Shown here one piece after another: positions 62,131 to 64,000 of a stretch of DNA of 64,000 nucleotides. Source of the stretch: Rhynchobatus australiae. Its lineage: Eukaryota. Location of the stretch: assembly GCA_034780895.1 (NCBI GenBank), contig JAUZTB010000067.1, forward strand, positions 3,252,985 through 3,316,984, read 5' to 3'. The translations under genes were made by a program, and so were the position numbers. How positions within the stretch are numbered: the first letter of the stretch is position 1; every line of letters begins with the position of its first letter. The notes under the pieces are model-generated. The model ran no database searches, had not been told where the DNA came from, and was given only the letters and a program-made list of their open reading frames with translations.

Positions 62131-63077
62131 AATGAAGTTGGAGAATTCAGTACTGAGTCATACAGGCTGTAACTTGCAAATGGCGTGCTGATCCACAAAC
62201 TGTTTGGGTGTCCTTATAGCACAGGAGGTCACCGACGGAGAATTCGGTGTGGGAGTACGAAGAGAACTAAAGTTACAGGTACCCGGGAACTCTAGGTCAC
62301 TATTGTGGGGTAAGCGCGTTGCTCCGCAAAGCAAACACTTCATCTGTGTTTGGTTTCCGCGGTGCAGAAAAATTCACTTCGTAAACATTATACTTCACAA
62401 CGGGCTGAAGAAGTGCAAATGAATCGCTGCTTTTGTTGGAATAATAGTTCGGGTTCCCGGAAGCGAGAAGGGAACAGGCGGAAGGGCAGTTGATGCATCT
62501 TCTTCCTTTGTGATATACGACGGGAACAACCATATTGTTTTGCTAATTAAACAATATAATCCAGTCAATTTGCTGCCAATACGTCTTACCCAGAAGTTAG
62601 CTTCTAAGGTAACTAATTATTTAAAGTTAGGGTTTGATCTTAAAGGAAATATAAAAAAACAGCAATCGGACGAAAGGACAGTTCATGCTTTGATACATAG
62701 GAGCACAATATGATCGATTGAGGCTTTGGAACATTTTCTCTGTCCACCTTATCACATTATTATTAAAAAGCAAACCGCAGGCACATCCCGTTGTGAGGAC
62801 GAGCTTTAATTTTCCCTGAACGATGCATTTCTCATCCCTAACTCCGTCCCTGCATATGTTGTCCTTGAATGCTGAGGTCCTCACTGCAACAATTACGTCG
62901 TCAGTAACCATTTCACCCGTACCGTTACCCCACTACCTCCAAATGTTCACATTGTTCTAACGACAACGGAAGGCTTCGATTGCCAACTATTTCCGTTCCT
63001 GGGATTATGGTATGCCGACATACAAATCTTTTGAATATCTCTTTGAATGTTCAACGAAGTTGCGTTCATTATTTGCG

Positions 63078-63401
63078 TCAGTTCCATAACTTCCTGATTA
63101 ATGTGATCACAGACATCACTCCATTTTTCAGCTCCTCTCTGAATTTCCTCTGTGTTAGTCCATAGATACAGGTGTTGGTGCAGGTACTGAGAAACTGCAA
63201 CATAAATCCACATTGTTGAAATACATATATCGGAGTATTCAAATATTTGTCTGAATAGGTAAAATTCGCCGCTTGCCAGTTGGTGGAATGTATTACATAA
63301 GGCATCCACAGTAATAAGAAATTGGATGACAGAGCGAACAACAAAATCATAGATTTTCTCCGGTTCTCAACTTCTAAATCTTTACTATTCTCGCTGTTGC
63401 T
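63078..63401 (-). CDS. GPR139-like GPCR, C-terminal part (ICL3-TM6-TM7); the 5' part lies in the gap
   Basis: DLEVENRRKSMILLFALSSNFLLLWMP..GFMLQFLSTCTNTCIYGLTQRKFREELKN, open to the stop. Confidence 0.85.
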   Translation of the reverse strand, partial: SNSENSKDLEVENRRKSMILLFALSSNFLLLWMPYVIHSTNWQAANFTYSDKYLNTPIYVFQQCGFMLQFLSTCTNTCIYGLTQRKFREELKNGVMSVITLIRKLWN

Positions 63402-63716
63402 NNNNNNNNNNNNNNNNNNNNNNNNNNNNNNNNNNNNNNNNNNNNNNNNNNNNNNNNNNNNNNNNNNNNNNNNNNNNNNNNNNNNNNNNNNNNNNNNNNN
63501 NCCTTGAAAGCTGAGGTCCTCACTGCAACAATTACGTCATCAGTAACCATTTCGCCCGTACTGTTACCACACGAAGTCCAAATCTTCACATTGTTCTAAC
63601 GACAACGGAAGGCTTCGATTGCCAACTGTTTCCGTTCCTGGGATTATGATATGCCGACATACAAATCTTTTGAATATCTCTTTGAAAGTTCAAGGAAATT
63701 TCGTTCATTATTTGTG

Positions 63717-64000
63717 TCAGTTCCATAACTTCCTGATTAATGTGAACACAGACATCACTCCATTTTTCAGCTCCTCTATGAATTTCCTCTGTGTTAGTCC
63801 ATAGATACAGGTGTTGGTCCAGGCACTGAGAAACTGTAACATAAATCCAAATTGTTGAAATACATATATCGGACTATTCAAATATTTGTCTGAATAGGTA
63901 AAATTCGCCGCTTGCCATTTGGTGGAGTATATTACATAAGGCATCCACAGTAATAACACATTGGATGACAGAGCAAACAGCAAAATCATAGATTTTCTCC
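63717..64000 (-). CDS. GPR139-like GPCR, C-terminal part; tandem paralog continuing beyond the window
   Basis: RKSMILLFALSSNVLLLWMP..FMLQFLSAWTNTCIYGLTQRKFIEELKN; the 3' flank is also duplicated. Confidence 0.85.
   Translation of the reverse strand, partial: RKSMILLFALSSNVLLLWMPYVIYSTKWQAANFTYSDKYLNSPIYVFQQFGFMLQFLSAWTNTCIYGLTQRKFIEELKNGVMSVFTLIRKLWN

Overview
Eukaryotic, gap-rich genomic DNA, very likely from a cartilaginous fish (elasmobranch). That assignment is an inference from HE1/V-SINE-type SINEs, CR1 LINEs with an esterase-type ORF1, Rex1/Babar, Penelope remnants and an expanded GPR139-like receptor family. No complete intact protein-coding gene can be demonstrated. The window is a duplication and rearrangement patchwork containing: (1) a birth-and-death cluster of GPR139-like orphan GPCRs, made of two TATA plus first-exon cassettes, an inverted cassette copy with exon 1 deleted, and four exon-2 segments, one frameshifted; (2) a 4.4-kb hierarchical AT-rich satellite (about 194 > 582 > 1165 bp); (3) a degraded class I (gamma/epsilon-like) endogenous retrovirus with a tRNA-Arg-like PBS, plus a solo LTR, neither with target-site duplications; (4) a decayed three-exon 3' fragment of SLX1; (5) an orphan histone H2B pseudogene with promoter and stem-loop; (6) a tRNA-Pro-like pseudogene with an intron-like insert next to an L1 5' end; and (7) many LINE, SINE and Gypsy fragments and G-rich minisatellites. 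All family assignments come from motifs recognised by eye and compared with remembered consensus sequences; no database search was run. Repeat boundaries are approximate, and the 100-N gaps are of unknown true size.
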